A stretch of DNA of 63,847 nt, filler included, from Lama guanicoe (GCA_013239625.1; 141 parts of 141 records of this genome joined end to end with filler, not necessarily neighbours in it), one strand, 5' to 3'. Shown: positions 13,117-25,354, counted from the first letter of the whole stretch. The notes: generated by a model from the letters alone, not told the origin. A program made the numbers and translations.

Positions 13117-13469
13117 CCGCCGGCCCCTCCTCCTCCGGCCTTGCACTGCACAGCACTCATGACGTATCTTTATTTCTAGCACATTAACAAAATATCACAA
13201 ATAAATTGTCGACAGCCCCTGCGGCCCCGGGGTGCGGGTCCCCCCGGCCACTGCCCCCCGCGGCCCCTGCGCCGGCCTCCCGACCCTCCCTGTGGCCTTT
13301 GGAGCTTTCAGGTTCTGGGGCCAAGTTTTTGTCTCTGTAAAAAATTGCGGGAAATTCAATTTTTATTCGACTCGGGGAAAAGTTTCTTTGCTCCGCGCCG
13401 CGAATGTCTCACCAGATTCTGGTAGGTCCTGGGATGCTCCTTCCCGGTCCAGTCGGTGCGCCGGGGCAG
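13117..13469. promoter_or_regulatory. CpG-island-like fragment with embedded AT-rich blocks
   Basis: High GC and CpG content. TGACGT (CRE-like) at ~13160; TTTATT at 13169-13174 and 13362-13367. Gene not identified. Confidence 0.45.
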
Positions 13470-16400
13470 NNNNNNNNNNNNNNNNNNNNNNNNNNNNNNN
13501 NNNNNNNNNNNNNTTAATTAATTAANNNNNNNNNNNNNNNNNNNNNNNNNNNNNNNNNNNNNNNNNNNNGAGCTTCCATTACTATCCAGGAGAGAAGGGA
13601 AGGTTGGTACGTGGAGGCTGGGTGGGGAGACGCCAGGACGAGGCAGGTGTGCTGGGAGCGTGTGACAGCGTGGTGAGCGTGGGGGGTTATGGTGGACACG
13701 AATGTCTCTGGGTGACGTTCCGTCCCCAGATTCTCTGCCCTCTGAGCTTGCAGATACCGTGGTATTCCTGTGACCTCTCCTCTCTCGTCTGTTTCCCTTC
13801 ACATCACTCGTTGTGAAGATTCAGGCTCATGATGAAAATGTTTTAAAATGGAACTTACAGAGGTGCTGAACTGTCAGTTGGTGCAACTTACAGAGAAGCA
13901 GCAGGTGCAGAAGCAGGAGCCCNNNNNNNNNNNNNNNNNNNNNNNNNNNNNNNNNNNNNNNNNNNNTTAATTAATTAANNNNNNNNNNNNNNNNNNNNNN
14001 NNNNNNNNNNNNNNNNNNNNNNGTGTGGCCCCCAAAGGGAAGGGGTGTGGCTTCGAAGGAAAAGAGGGTGTGGCCTCCGAGGAGAACTGGGTGCCTCTGT
14101 GAGTGACTTCCAGGACCCTGTCGTTCGCTTACTTAGAATCCTTCACTGGCTGTTTCCTAAAGGTCAAGCCTCATTTTCTGGCATCAAACATGTTCTTCAC
14201 GAGGCCACCCCTTCCCTCCGCTTCTCTTCTAGCTGCTCCTCCTCCCCGCGCTGCACCAATCACCACGCTGCTGTTCCCAGGGCGGAGCTGTGTCAGGCTC
14301 TCTCTGACCTTGGGGGCTCTCCTAGATCCCAGCGCTAAGCTCTGCCCGCCCTTCTCAGCTCTTTGTTTCCTATTCNNNNNNNNNNNNNNNNNNNNNNNNN
14401 NNNNNNNNNNNNNNNNNNNTTAATTAATTAANNNNNNNNNNNNNNNNNNNNNNNNNNNNNNNNNNNNNNNNNNNNTTTTTTCTGCTACCTCTTTTCCTCT
14501 TATAGATAATGTCATTAATTCTGATACATGGGCTACAATCTTTTAAAATAATTTAAAAATATCAATGAGATTGAAAATGTTGTATAAATTGAAATAGGTT
14601 ATTTATTGTTGTTCCAGTGGGTAAAACCACAATAAAAGAGAACATTAAACAATTTGGATTTATTTTTTAACTCAGAAAAAAAAGGCTTCTTCAATTTAGA
14701 CCTTGAAATATTCAAGACTGTTATCCAACAGTTAAGATTGCTTCCCTGGCAGATGTAAGTCTTTTAAGTAATATCAAATGACAGAATCCTAGAACAGGGC
14801 AACATGATAAACAAAAACAAAAACAAAANNNNNNNNNNNNNNNNNNNNNNNNNNNNNNNNNNNNNNNNNNNNTTAATTAATTAANNNNNNNNNNNNNNNN
14901 NNNNNNNNNNNNNNNNNNNNNNNNNNNNATATTTGGAAACATTTGTATTTTGGACCAATTTTTTTAAACTTTTTGTTTCTGTGTTTATTCTTCTCTGCTG
15001 GACTCAAGTTGGTGGTTGGGCAAGAGAGACGGAGCAGAACAAAAATGATGAGGCAGGAAATCAGGGAAAGTTCCTGAAGCAGGCAATAGAGGGAGTTTAG
15101 GCAACCAAGACATCCTGCAGTTAAAACAGGCTGATGACCCGGCAGGTGACAGAGTTTGGCAGCAGAGTCCCATAAAGCCATTAGCATGATACATTCATAA
15201 CTATTGTGCTCCCAGCCAAATGGTATTTGGAGGCAGGGATCTGGTCTTTAGAAATGAAACAGAAGAACAATGCAATTGAACNNNNNNNNNNNNNNNNNNN
15301 NNNNNNNNNNNNNNNNNNNNNNNNNTTAATTAATTAANNNNNNNNNNNNNNNNNNNNNNNNNNNNNNNNNNNNNNNNNNNNCTAAGTTTTCTAATTCTTA
15401 ACTTTGGGAAAGTTAGCAAAACCACTAACACTTGCCTCTAGTGACAATGAAATCATTCACTGCAAAAATAAAAAGCCAAAAGGTTTAGGAATTTAGATAG
15501 TGTTGATCAATATATACTTTATACTGAACAAGCATTTTCCTATCACTTTGCACAAACTATTCTAAGACTCTGCAGATGGATCAATTCGGTCACACAGAGA
15601 TCTTGCTAGAGGCCCCTAATGGCAGTGCAAGACTGAGATTGGGACTTCAGGTGGCTGGCTCTGGGAGCATTTGAGGAAATCAAGTTTACATTATTATTAG
15701 TCACAAGGCCTCACAACTTTTCAATTTCTCCTAANNNNNNNNNNNNNNNNNNNNNNNNNNNNNNNNNNNNNNNNNNNNTTAATTAATTAANNNNNNNNNN
15801 NNNNNNNNNNNNNNNNNNNNNNNNNNNNNNNNNNCCCCCCCCCCCCGCAGGCCTGGGGGTCCCTTCCAGACTGAACATCGCAAACCGCGTGGCACCTCGG
15901 AGCAGATGTTCACCCAGAACGCAGTGAACTGAGTGAGGGTCACAGAAATAAGGGGACTTTTAAAGTGTCGCTAGACCAGTTGAGGAAACACAGCCTGGAA
16001 AACAGGCCTGAGCATGCCAATCCAGAGACCCATAAAGACGGATTCCGGGGCTGATGGCAAGGCCCCCTCCACGCTTTGTGGCGTTGGTGACTCCCACCGA
16101 CTCGTTCCTGTCTGCTGCTGCTGCTGGCTCACCTGGGGCCCTTGCCTTCTGGGCAGGAGGAATGGCATCACTGAGCCATTTATCCAGNNNNNNNNNNNNN
16201 NNNNNNNNNNNNNNNNNNNNNNNNNNNNNNNTTAATTAATTAANNNNNNNNNNNNNNNNNNNNNNNNNNNNNNNNNNNNNNNNNNNNTTTTTTTTTTCTA
16301 ATACATCTTATTTGTGGATTTGGGGTTTGTCCTTCCAGTCATTGGTATATAATTTAGCAGGAACGAGAAATTTGCAGTGTCAGTTTTTTCCTCAGGGCCT

Positions 16401-16829
16401 TGTGGCTGTTAGTCCATTGTCTCCTATGTCTGTTTTTGCCAATCACAATATCTGCCCCGGTAGACAAGACATGGATGCAAAGAGAGAAACTTAAAAGCCA
16501 CTGGGGAGCATTTAGATGGAGAGGGGAAGTACAGGGTGAGTGTGAAGAGGATTTGTGCCAGACTTCAAATAATTAACTTATTTTATGGACAAAATTTAAT
16601 AGTCAAGGAGGAAGAGGTCAAGTCACCATCAGTCATACCTNNNNNNNNNNNNNNNNNNNNNNNNNNNNNNNNNNNNNNNNNNNNTTAATTAATTAANNNN
16701 NNNNNNNNNNNNNNNNNNNNNNNNNNNNNNNNNNNNNNNNTAGGTAGAATTATTACAGTCTGACTGCACATACACATTATATTGCATGTGAAATAGGTGA
16801 GGGATATTAAAGAGGCAAAAACTTTTATT

Positions 16830-17093
16830 ATACAAGATAAATGAGTCACAGGTACAAAATATACAGTGTAGGGAATATAGTCAGTGATTATATAATATCT
16901 TTGTACAGTAACATTATAACTCGACTTAACATGGTGATCATTTTGAAATGTATACAGAATCACCATGTTGTGTACCAGGAACTAACTTAGTTCTACAGGT
17001 AAATTATATTCCCAAAACTAGCAAACAAACTCATAGAAAAAGACATCAGATTTGTGGCTACCAGAGGTGGGGTAGGGAGGCAGGAGGAGAGGG
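16830..17093 (+). mobile_element. L1 3'UTR
   Basis: agggaatatagtc...ggtgatcattttgaaatgtata...tgttgtgtaccaggaactaac is an L1 3'UTR pattern. Confidence 0.8.
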
Positions 17094-17193
17094 NNNNNNN
17101 NNNNNNNNNNNNNNNNNNNNNNNNNNNNNNNNNNNNNTTAATTAATTAANNNNNNNNNNNNNNNNNNNNNNNNNNNNNNNNNNNNNNNNNNNN

Positions 17194-17546
17194 GGGAAAT
17201 CTGCACGATGGAGTGGACAAAGCCCCCCACCCAGGAGGCCACTATTAACCCAATGCAGCAGCCTCTATTCATGATGGTCACATAGTGCAGGGGCTTAGAG
17301 ATGGCCACATACCGATCTAAGGCCATCAGTGACAGAGAAAATACATCCACCCCTCCAATAAGATGGAAGAAAAACATCTGGGTGAAGCAGCCATTGAAGG
17401 AGATGGTCTTTCTCTGTCGCAGAAGGTCCACCAGAACCTTAGGAGCTGTGATGGAGGAAAAGCAGATATCGGCAATAGACAAATTACGGAGCAAAAAATA
17501 CATGGGGGTCTGAAGGCGAGAGTCACAGGTCACGGTGACCATGATG
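17194..17546 (-). CDS. OR4D10: Olfactory receptor family 4D (OR4D10-like), internal TM1-TM4 segment, open frame
   Basis: IMVTVTCDSRLQTPMYFLLRNLSIADICFSSITAPKVLVDLL...MALDRYVAISKPLHYVTIM...GGFVHSIVQIS. OR motifs (PMYFLL, MALDRYVAI) are present and the segment is close to recalled human OR4D10. Exact orthologue uncertain. Confidence 0.9.
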
Positions 17547-18552
17547 NNNNNNNNNNNNNNNNNNNNNNNNNNNNNNNNNNNNNNNNNNNNTTAATTAATT
17601 AANNNNNNNNNNNNNNNNNNNNNNNNNNNNNNNNNNNNNNNNNNNNCATTTATCTATAAGCACATTACATATTAAGTATAAATTATATATACATACATAA
17701 TTTATTTTAAAATCATCTATAATTCCATTTTATTGGAATGGAATTATATACTAGAAATACAGATAAACTAGTAAAAGGGGTTATTTCTGGCAAGGAAAAA
17801 TGAAGCACTGGAGGTCTGAGATGCGATTATTTTTCAATATATACCCTTTTGTATTAAATATTTCACCTGTGCGTGTATTACCTAGAGCCCTAAAGTATCA
17901 ATATTCAAATAAAACATTTAAGAAATTATAGTCACCAAGGGGAGGAAAAGAGGCGCTGCAGATCACAGCCTGTTTCAGCATTTTGCGTCTCCTCCGGACN
18001 NNNNNNNNNNNNNNNNNNNNNNNNNNNNNNNNNNNNNNNNNNNTTAATTAATTAANNNNNNNNNNNNNNNNNNNNNNNNNNNNNNNNNNNNNNNNNNNNA
18101 GGGCCTGCGTGTCTTCATTACCAGCCCAGTCTCCATTCTCCACCGTTTTCTCCTCCAAAAGAGCTGGACTCCCAAACAGACGGGCCCTTGCTGGCTGCAG
18201 AGCACAGCCCAGGGGTCGTGTGTGGGTCACGGGGCTCAGCCTGGGAGGAGGTGAGCTAAGACATGACAGAGAGAGACTGGGCTATAAAGGCTGAAAGACG
18301 GGGCAGGGACATGCTGGAGAGCAAGCCGGCGTGGATAGCGGCTACTCAGGGTGGATGAGGAGGGACAAGGGCGGGAAGCTGATGCTAACGCTGGTGTTGG
18401 TGGCAGCAGTGGCAGCAGCGCCTACCGCATAGCGACTGTCACTTACGTGCACNNNNNNNNNNNNNNNNNNNNNNNNNNNNNNNNNNNNNNNNNNNNTTAA
18501 TTAATTAANNNNNNNNNNNNNNNNNNNNNNNNNNNNNNNNNNNNNNNNNNNN

Positions 18553-18883
18553 CTTTGGGAGCCTCGGTGCCTCTTCTTTCTTCGCTTCTTCACCCTTCTT
18601 GGGCGAGCCCCCCCTTCCACTTGCTTTTTTCTTTTCTTTCTCGCTTTCCTCCTCAAGGTGTGTGCTCCACTCCCCCCACCTTTGAAAAATACAGTCCAAC
18701 TCCTCCTGGTTGGCAATTAATTTCTCTCTTCGCTCCTTTATCTGCCTTATTTCCCCCCTCTAACAGCTGGTTGCCTTCCTCCTTGTTTTATTTCATTTTA
18801 TTTTATATGATTTCTCGCTCTTAAAAAAAAAAAGCTCCTCTAAGACACTGATCCGCTGAATTCCCTCCCCCTCAAAGATGCTC
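18553..18883 (-). other. PAPPA: PAPPA (pappalysin-1) 5'UTR / first exon, upstream of the ATG
   Basis: Minus strand gagcatctttgagg...gaattcagcggatcagt...aaataaaacaaggaggaaggcaaccagctg...gaggctcccaaag matches my recollection of the human PAPPA mRNA 5' end. Confidence 0.75.
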
Positions 18884-19911
18884 TGATTTATTTATTTTTT
18901 GTGTCNNNNNNNNNNNNNNNNNNNNNNNNNNNNNNNNNNNNNNNNNNNNTTAATTAATTAANNNNNNNNNNNNNNNNNNNNNNNNNNNNNNNNNNNNNNN
19001 NNNNNTTATAAGGCTGGGCACATATCTGTCCCTCAGAAAATATTAATTAAACAAGCTAAAGGAAACCAATAGAGTTGCCTGAGCTATCCAATATAAAGTA
19101 AAACAAAAAACTAATATTCAGGGGCTAATAAAAATAAGAGATTTACCCTGGGTTTAACTTATAACTCAAGGAAAAAGAGATCTTACTAAATGCCTTCTGC
19201 AAGCTTTTGAAGACATGATAAAAGTAAACCTTAAAGTTTCAAAACATGGAATTCTTTGTTTAGAGCTCTTCTCACTGATACAAAAAAGCAAATTAAGGAG
19301 ATACAATCTGGCCTAGGTGACAGACCAGTTCTTTGGGGAACTGGAAGCAACTGTCTTTNNNNNNNNNNNNNNNNNNNNNNNNNNNNNNNNNNNNNNNNNN
19401 NNTTAATTAATTAANNNNNNNNNNNNNNNNNNNNNNNNNNNNNNNNNNNNNNNNNNNNACTTTGTTTCTCACCAGACTGTCATTGGGAACAAATGAAAGG
19501 GTGATGGCGAAGGTGCTTTGTCAATACAGTGCACTCAATACAGTGCTGAGCCCATCACAGTGCCTGGCCCACTGGCCAGGACTGAATAAATACATCAGTG
19601 ATTCAGTCCCCACCAGACTGAGCTCCAAGCAGGTGGAGACCTGGCTTGTTTTTCCTGGCGATGTTCCCCCCACACCTGGCACATTGTAGGTACCTGATAA
19701 ATGTTTGGATTGAATGAATGATGGATGAATGAATGATGAAACTTAATCCTACCCTTGGGAATGTCTACAGCCCAGGAGGTGGTGAGCAAACCACAGGGCA
19801 ATGAACCAAATNNNNNNNNNNNNNNNNNNNNNNNNNNNNNNNNNNNNNNNNNNNNTTAATTAATTAANNNNNNNNNNNNNNNNNNNNNNNNNNNNNNNNN
19901 NNNNNNNNNNN

Positions 19912-20264
19912 TCACTCTGCTGGAGGGGCTTCAAGACTGTTTTCCACAGCAGCTGTTATCCTTTTCCAGCGCTGCCAGCAGTTTATGAGGGCTCCAGTTT
20001 CCCCGCATCCTTGTCAACACCTATTATCTGTCTTTCTACTGTCACTATCGTCATAGATACAAAGTGGTATCTTGTTGTGGGTTTGATCACATTTCCCTGA
20101 TAGCCAGGGACACTGAGCGTCTTGTTATGTGTGATTGGCCATCTATATGACTTCTCCGGAGAGATGTCTATTCATTTCTTAATCGGGGCTTTTGGTTGTT
20201 GTTGACTCATAGGAGTTCTTTACACATTCTGGGTATTAATTCCTAATCAGACGTGTGATTTGCA
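19912..20264 (-). mobile_element. L1 ORF2 C-terminal region
   Basis: cgcatccttgtcaacac...aagtggtatcttgttgtgggtttgat is the antisense of the L1 ORF2 C-terminus. Confidence 0.85.
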
Positions 20265-20399
20265 NNNNNNNNNNNNNNNNNNNNNNNNNNNNNNNNNNNN
20301 NNNNNNNNTTAATTAATTAANNNNNNNNNNNNNNNNNNNNNNNNNNNNNNNNNNNNNNNNNNNNCTTTACTTTCTCTTTGTGAAAAGCGAGGTCTGGAC

Positions 20400-20717
20400 C
20401 TGCAGCGGCCACCGTGTTAAAGGCCTGCACATGCTGTGAATTATGTGGATGTCAGGGAGGAGCGGTGGAGAGGGTCTGAAAGAAAGTCAGTGTCATTTTT
20501 GAGCTCCCCCATCAATCACAGTGTGGGACACCCGATCTCCGGGCTTCTTGATACATGAGATGACATATGTCCTCACTGTTCATGCTTGAGTTAGAGCTCC
20601 TTTATTTGTGGCCAAAGCACGGTTCCCCTGTCCTAAAAGGTGGAATGCAGCCCTTGGATCAGAGCCACGTGACTTGTTTTGGCCAATGAGAGCACGTTGT
20701 GACCAAAGCAGGAAGTT
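20400..20717 (+). mobile_element. Old MLT1 (MaLR) LTR remnants
   Basis: cttcttgatacatgagatg...tttatttgtggccaaagca and ccacgtgacttgttttggccaatgag are MLT1-like. Confidence 0.5.
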
Positions 20718-21270
20718 NNNNNNNNNNNNNNNNNNNNNNNNNNNNNNNNNNNNNNNNNNNNTTAATTAATTAANNNNNNNNNNNNNNNNNNNNNNNNNNN
20801 NNNNNNNNNNNNNNNNNCTTTATAAACAGGATGTACAAATGCTTAGTGGGTAATACAGTGAGGCTAAGCTTTGCATCCCCCATGCAGCTGCTCCCGGAAT
20901 GAGCAAGGACAGTCAGGAAGTGACTAACCTGGGAAAAGGTCAGTTGCCATTTATTGGGCAGGTTCTGGGCTTAGCTCTGGTCTCAGGGAATCCTCACAAC
21001 CGCGCTCTGATGTAAGCATTGTTGTCCTCCCTTTGTAGGTGAAGAGACTGAAGTTCAGAGAGTCACACGGCTGGTATATATAAAATTCCAGTTTGGGCAG
21101 GTTGATTTCAAATTGTGTGTTTTAAACCACTTTATCACACCTCTTCCCTAAACCGTCATCCTGTGGAGAANNNNNNNNNNNNNNNNNNNNNNNNNNNNNN
21201 NNNNNNNNNNNNNNTTAATTAATTAANNNNNNNNNNNNNNNNNNNNNNNNNNNNNNNNNNNNNNNNNNNN

Positions 21271-21420
21271 GGTCTTTGAGCACCTCATTGCTTTCGGCAC
21301 AGGAAGATAGTCTAGACTCGCCTGTGCTTTGTGTCAGACATAAAGTCACTCGTATTTTCAAGGATCCCTAATGCATTTTAATAGGGAAGTTACTGTACTT
21401 AGAAAACTAGATCAAGTTGC
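21271..21420 (-). mobile_element. L1MC-type 3'UTR remnant
   Basis: tttgagcacctcattgctttcggcacaggaagat...cttagaaaactagatc resembles L1MC4/5 antisense. Confidence 0.55.
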
Positions 21421-21778
21421 CTTGTCTGCAAATTGCTACAGAGTTTTTATTAGTTTTCAGCTCTTTCAGTGGACAGAGCTCATCACAGCTATCTAACAAC
21501 CTCAGCCTTCTGAGTGATGTAGGAATTATGGCCCCGGTGACTGGTTTAAAAGCGGCAAGTCTACATTTCCTTATCATAACAGATTTTCTTTTTAAAAATT
21601 TATTTATTTTATTATTCTTGGGGNNNNNNNNNNNNNNNNNNNNNNNNNNNNNNNNNNNNNNNNNNNNTTAATTAATTAANNNNNNNNNNNNNNNNNNNNN
21701 NNNNNNNNNNNNNNNNNNNNNNNCACAAAAGTAGAAATGCAAATGGCTCTTAAATATATGAAAATATGTTCACCCTTT

Positions 21779-22000
21779 CTATCAGCCAGGATCCAATCAG
21801 GAAACAGAAAAACCACACAGTAATTATATCAGGTAAAATTTAACATAAACATTTATTACCTGGTAATGGGATTAACTACTATTGAGTGATCAAGAAAAGT
21901 CTAAAGTATACAGGAAGAATGGATACAAAGGGCAGCCACTACCTCTGGAGCTGAGGCAGCACATGAAGATAGGAACAGACTTGGAAGAGGCCCCCATCTC
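21779..22000 (-). mobile_element. Old ERVL-class LTR remnant
   Basis: tatcagccaggatccaatcaggaaacagaaaaaccacacagtaatt resembles the reverse end of LTR33/41-like elements. Confidence 0.45.
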
Positions 22001-22629
22001 CAAGGCTTCTTTGGACATGGTTGTGCTGGGTATGCCTATGGCTCACTATGTGGCCAAGACACTCTCTGGCTGGGTCNNNNNNNNNNNNNNNNNNNNNNNN
22101 NNNNNNNNNNNNNNNNNNNNTTAATTAATTAANNNNNNNNNNNNNNNNNNNNNNNNNNNNNNNNNNNNNNNNNNNNTATGGAGTTTAGAATTTAAGTATA
22201 TAATTTTTAGATTTTAAGATGAGAATTTGTTCTCTTTACATTCTTGTAAAACCACTATTAGGATAAATATACTGTAATATTTTGGATAATAGTTTTGGAA
22301 ACTGATCATAAACTACTAAATTTAAGATAAAATGCTCTTATTTATTTTTAGGAATGCTTCTGTTTTTTAAGCATCTAAAATAAATTCTTTAAAATTTTTT
22401 AAATTGAGTATTCTTTAAATTCTGTAGTGCTTTGCAATTTTAAAATTTCACGCATATCATATAATCCTGTAATAACCCCTTTTTTCATCCCCTACCCCTG
22501 TACTGCCCCTCCCTGCTTCCCCTCTCCCCNNNNNNNNNNNNNNNNNNNNNNNNNNNNNNNNNNNNNNNNNNNNTTAATTAATTAANNNNNNNNNNNNNNN
22601 NNNNNNNNNNNNNNNNNNNNNNNNNNNNN

Positions 22630-22685
22630 ACTGGAATTTGACACAACATTGTAAAATGACTAACTCAATAAAAAATGTAAAAAAC
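22630..22685 (+). mobile_element. Young L1 extreme 3' end
   Basis: actggaatttgacacaacattgtaaaatgactaactcaataaaaaatg; the same motif occurs at 31940-32052 (-) and 60845-60905 (+). Confidence 0.75.
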
Positions 22686-22695
22686 AAACCCCACA

Positions 22696-22867
22696 AATGT
22701 ATTATTTTACAGTTCTGGTGGTCAGAAGTCTGAATGAGTTTTACAAGGCTAAAATCAAAGACTGTGTTCCATCTGGAGGCTCTGGAGGAGAATCTATTTC
22801 CTTGCCTTTTCCAGTATTTAAAGCCACCTGCATTAATTGGCTCATGGACCTTCTCCATCTTAAAAGC
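22696..22867 (-). mobile_element. MLT1 (MaLR) LTR
   Basis: acagttctggtggtcagaagtctga...tctggaggctctggaggagaatctatttccttgccttttccag is a classic MLT1 antisense sequence. Confidence 0.85.
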
Positions 22868-22880
22868 GAGCGCTGTAAGT

Positions 22881-22980
22881 GAGGAAGGTTATATATATAG
22901 CTCAGTGGTTGAGCGCATGTACAAGGTCCTGGGTTCAAACCCCAGTACCTCCATTAAAAATAAATAAATAAATAAACAAA
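22881..22980 (+). mobile_element. Vic-1-type SINE with internal deletion
   Basis: tatagctcagtggttgagcgcatg (A box), ggtcctgggttcaaacccc (B box), (taaa)n tail. Confidence 0.88.
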
Positions 22981-23986
22981 NNNNNNNNNNNNNNNNNNNN
23001 NNNNNNNNNNNNNNNNNNNNNNNNTTAATTAATTAANNNNNNNNNNNNNNNNNNNNNNNNNNNNNNNNNNNNNNNNNNNNTTTGCCTCCACAATGGTGTA
23101 TACTTTCAAAACCTTGTGACATAATGTTTCAGAAACAGAAGTACTGGAACTCATTGAACAAGTCTTCATTATCAGTTCTAACTTATCTTGGGCTTATATT
23201 TCTTCTGAATTATCCCTGCCCCTTGCATCATGAAGGTTGTTCTCACTCATCAAGAAGAAGGAAACAGACAGCTGAGTTTCATGCCTGCACCTGCCCTCAT
23301 ATTATGCCACCTGTCTTAGATGATGGGCATATTTCAGCATAATTTTTCTTATGCTCTGAGCAAAGTTACATTCATCTTATATACTTATCATGTCTTAATT
23401 CACACTCATCTTTAGTCTTCCTCTTACATTTATNNNNNNNNNNNNNNNNNNNNNNNNNNNNNNNNNNNNNNNNNNNNTTAATTAATTAANNNNNNNNNNN
23501 NNNNNNNNNNNNNNNNNNNNNNNNNNNNNNNNNTTATTTGTTGAAATTTCTTTTATGTTGCCTTCTTTTGTGTGTGTGGAATTGTGTTTAACGTCTGTGC
23601 TCACTGCAGGCAGTGAGCTCCATCCTGAGAGGGGTGCTGTGTTGCAGACCCAGTGTTTAGCACAGAAGCACACATAGTAGGTGCTGCTTTCTTTTTCCAG
23701 CTGTAAAATTGTTGTTATGTATAAAACATAAAATTTGCCATTTTAACCAATTTTCCATTAAAATTTAAGAATTGTAGAATACATGTAGCAAAAATTTTAC
23801 CATTTTAACCTTTCTTTTTTCTTTACTGAAGTATAGCTGACTTACCACATATTAGTTTCAAATGTACAACTTTATAGTGATTCAATNNNNNNNNNNNNNN
23901 NNNNNNNNNNNNNNNNNNNNNNNNNNNNNNTTAATTAATTAANNNNNNNNNNNNNNNNNNNNNNNNNNNNNNNNNNNNNNNNNNNN

Positions 23987-24339
23987 AAAACAGACATATG
24001 TATCAGTGGAACAGAATAGAGATCCCAGAAATGAACCCAGAATTGATCTGCAATAAAGGAGGCAAGAATATGCATTGGAGAAAAGACAGTCTCTTTGGCA
24101 AGTGGTGTTGGGAAAACTGGATAGGAGATGTAAATCAATGATATTAGAAAACTCCACACACAAAAATAAACTCAAAATGGCTTAAAGGCTTAAATATAAG
24201 ATAAGGCATGATAAACCTCCTAAAAGAAATCATAGGCAAAACATTTTTCTGACATAAATCTTAGTGATGTTTTCCTACGGCAGTCTAATCAGGCAATAGA
24301 TATAAAAACAAAAATAAATAAATAGGACCTAATTAAACT
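23987..24339 (+). mobile_element. L1 ORF2 3' region
   Basis: aaaacagacatatgtatcagtggaacagaatagag...gacagtctctttggcaagtggtgttgggaaaactgg. Confidence 0.9.
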
Positions 24340-24539
24340 NNNNNNNNNNNNNNNNNNNNNNNNNNNNNNNNNNNNNNNNNNNNTTAATTAATTAANNNNN
24401 NNNNNNNNNNNNNNNNNNNNNNNNNNNNNNNNNNNNNNNCTCAGTCATGGAGAAGAATTAGCCCTAGGTCACAGGCTGCTCCACTCCTACCTCCAAAAGC
24501 TTCAAAGTAAGCCTCAAAAGGATCAAATTACTTGCAAGC

Positions 24540-24793
24540 AATGTAACTGCTTCCCAGAGCAAAGCTAAGGAATATTTATTAGAATATAAAAACATCCAGT
24601 ACCCAACAATTTTACGATGTCTGGTACCCAGTCAAAAATTACCAGGCACACAAAGAAGCAGCAGGAAAATACAACCCATACAGAGGAGAAAAATGAATCA
24701 ATAGAAACAGACCCAGAAAAGACAAAGATGGTAAAAAGTAGACAATGACATTAAAAGTTATTGTTAATATATCCATATGTTCAAGATAATAGA
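24540..24793 (+). mobile_element. Old L1 (L1MD/ME-like) 5' region
   Basis: aaaaattaccaggcacacaaagaagcagcaggaaaat...aatcaatagaaacagacccagaa. Confidence 0.65.
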
Positions 24794-24905
24794 NNNNNNN
24801 NNNNNNNNNNNNNNNNNNNNNNNNNNNNNNNNNNNNNTTAATTAATTAANNNNNNNNNNNNNNNNNNNNNNNNNNNNNNNNNNNNNNNNNNNNAGCCTAA
24901 CATAC

Positions 24906-24988
24906 CTTCACAAACTGGCATCTTGGTCCAAAAAGTTTTCTGTCCAACAATTACACACTGGCTAGAAGGTTGGCCGTGTAATTGATAC
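24906..24988 (-). CDS. CR2: CR2 (CD21) exon encoding second half of a split CCP/SCR domain, intact
   Basis: ctctgtctccag|G TAT CAA...TGT GAA G|gtatgt gives (G)[27 protein letters not shown], vs recalled human CR2 [28 protein letters not shown]. Splice sites canonical; 83 bp. Confidence 0.85.
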
Positions 24989-25209
24989 CTGGAGACAGAG
25001 GGAAGTCATTCAGAACTATCAGGCAGAACAAAAGCTTCTATTTAAGGCAAAATCACTTAATTTCTGTGTACCCCTTTTATCAGCATTCTCTCTCATAACC
25101 TCAAGCTGTCCACAGACCCTCACAGAAGAGCCTTCTGCAGGTTTCACGGTTCACACCAGGCACATGTAACTCAAAGGAATTAAATCTCACTGGCTCTCTC
25201 GACACTCAC

Positions 25210-25246
25210 CCTTCATTACACGAAAAGTCCACAGTTACACCAACCC
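25210..25246 (-). CDS. CR2: CR2 preceding exon (3' end, first half of the same SCR)
   Basis: VGVTVDFSCNEG|gtgagt vs recalled human VGVTANFFCDEG. The phase-2 donor joins in frame to the 24988 acceptor across a 221-bp intron. Confidence 0.82.
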
Positions 25247-25354
25247 NNNNNNNNNNNNNNNNNNNNNNNNNNNNNNNNNNNNNNNNNNNNTTAATTAATT
25301 AANNNNNNNNNNNNNNNNNNNNNNNNNNNNNNNNNNNNNNNNNNNNAAGGGCTG

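Noticed and set aside
18501..18716. Lys/Arg-rich protamine- or NLS-like ORF
   Set aside because: Arises from a purine-rich 5'UTR (PAPPA-like) and ends in the linker.
19006..19358. Possible ERV internal non-coding fragment
   Set aside because: Only a compositional resemblance; no diagnostic motif.
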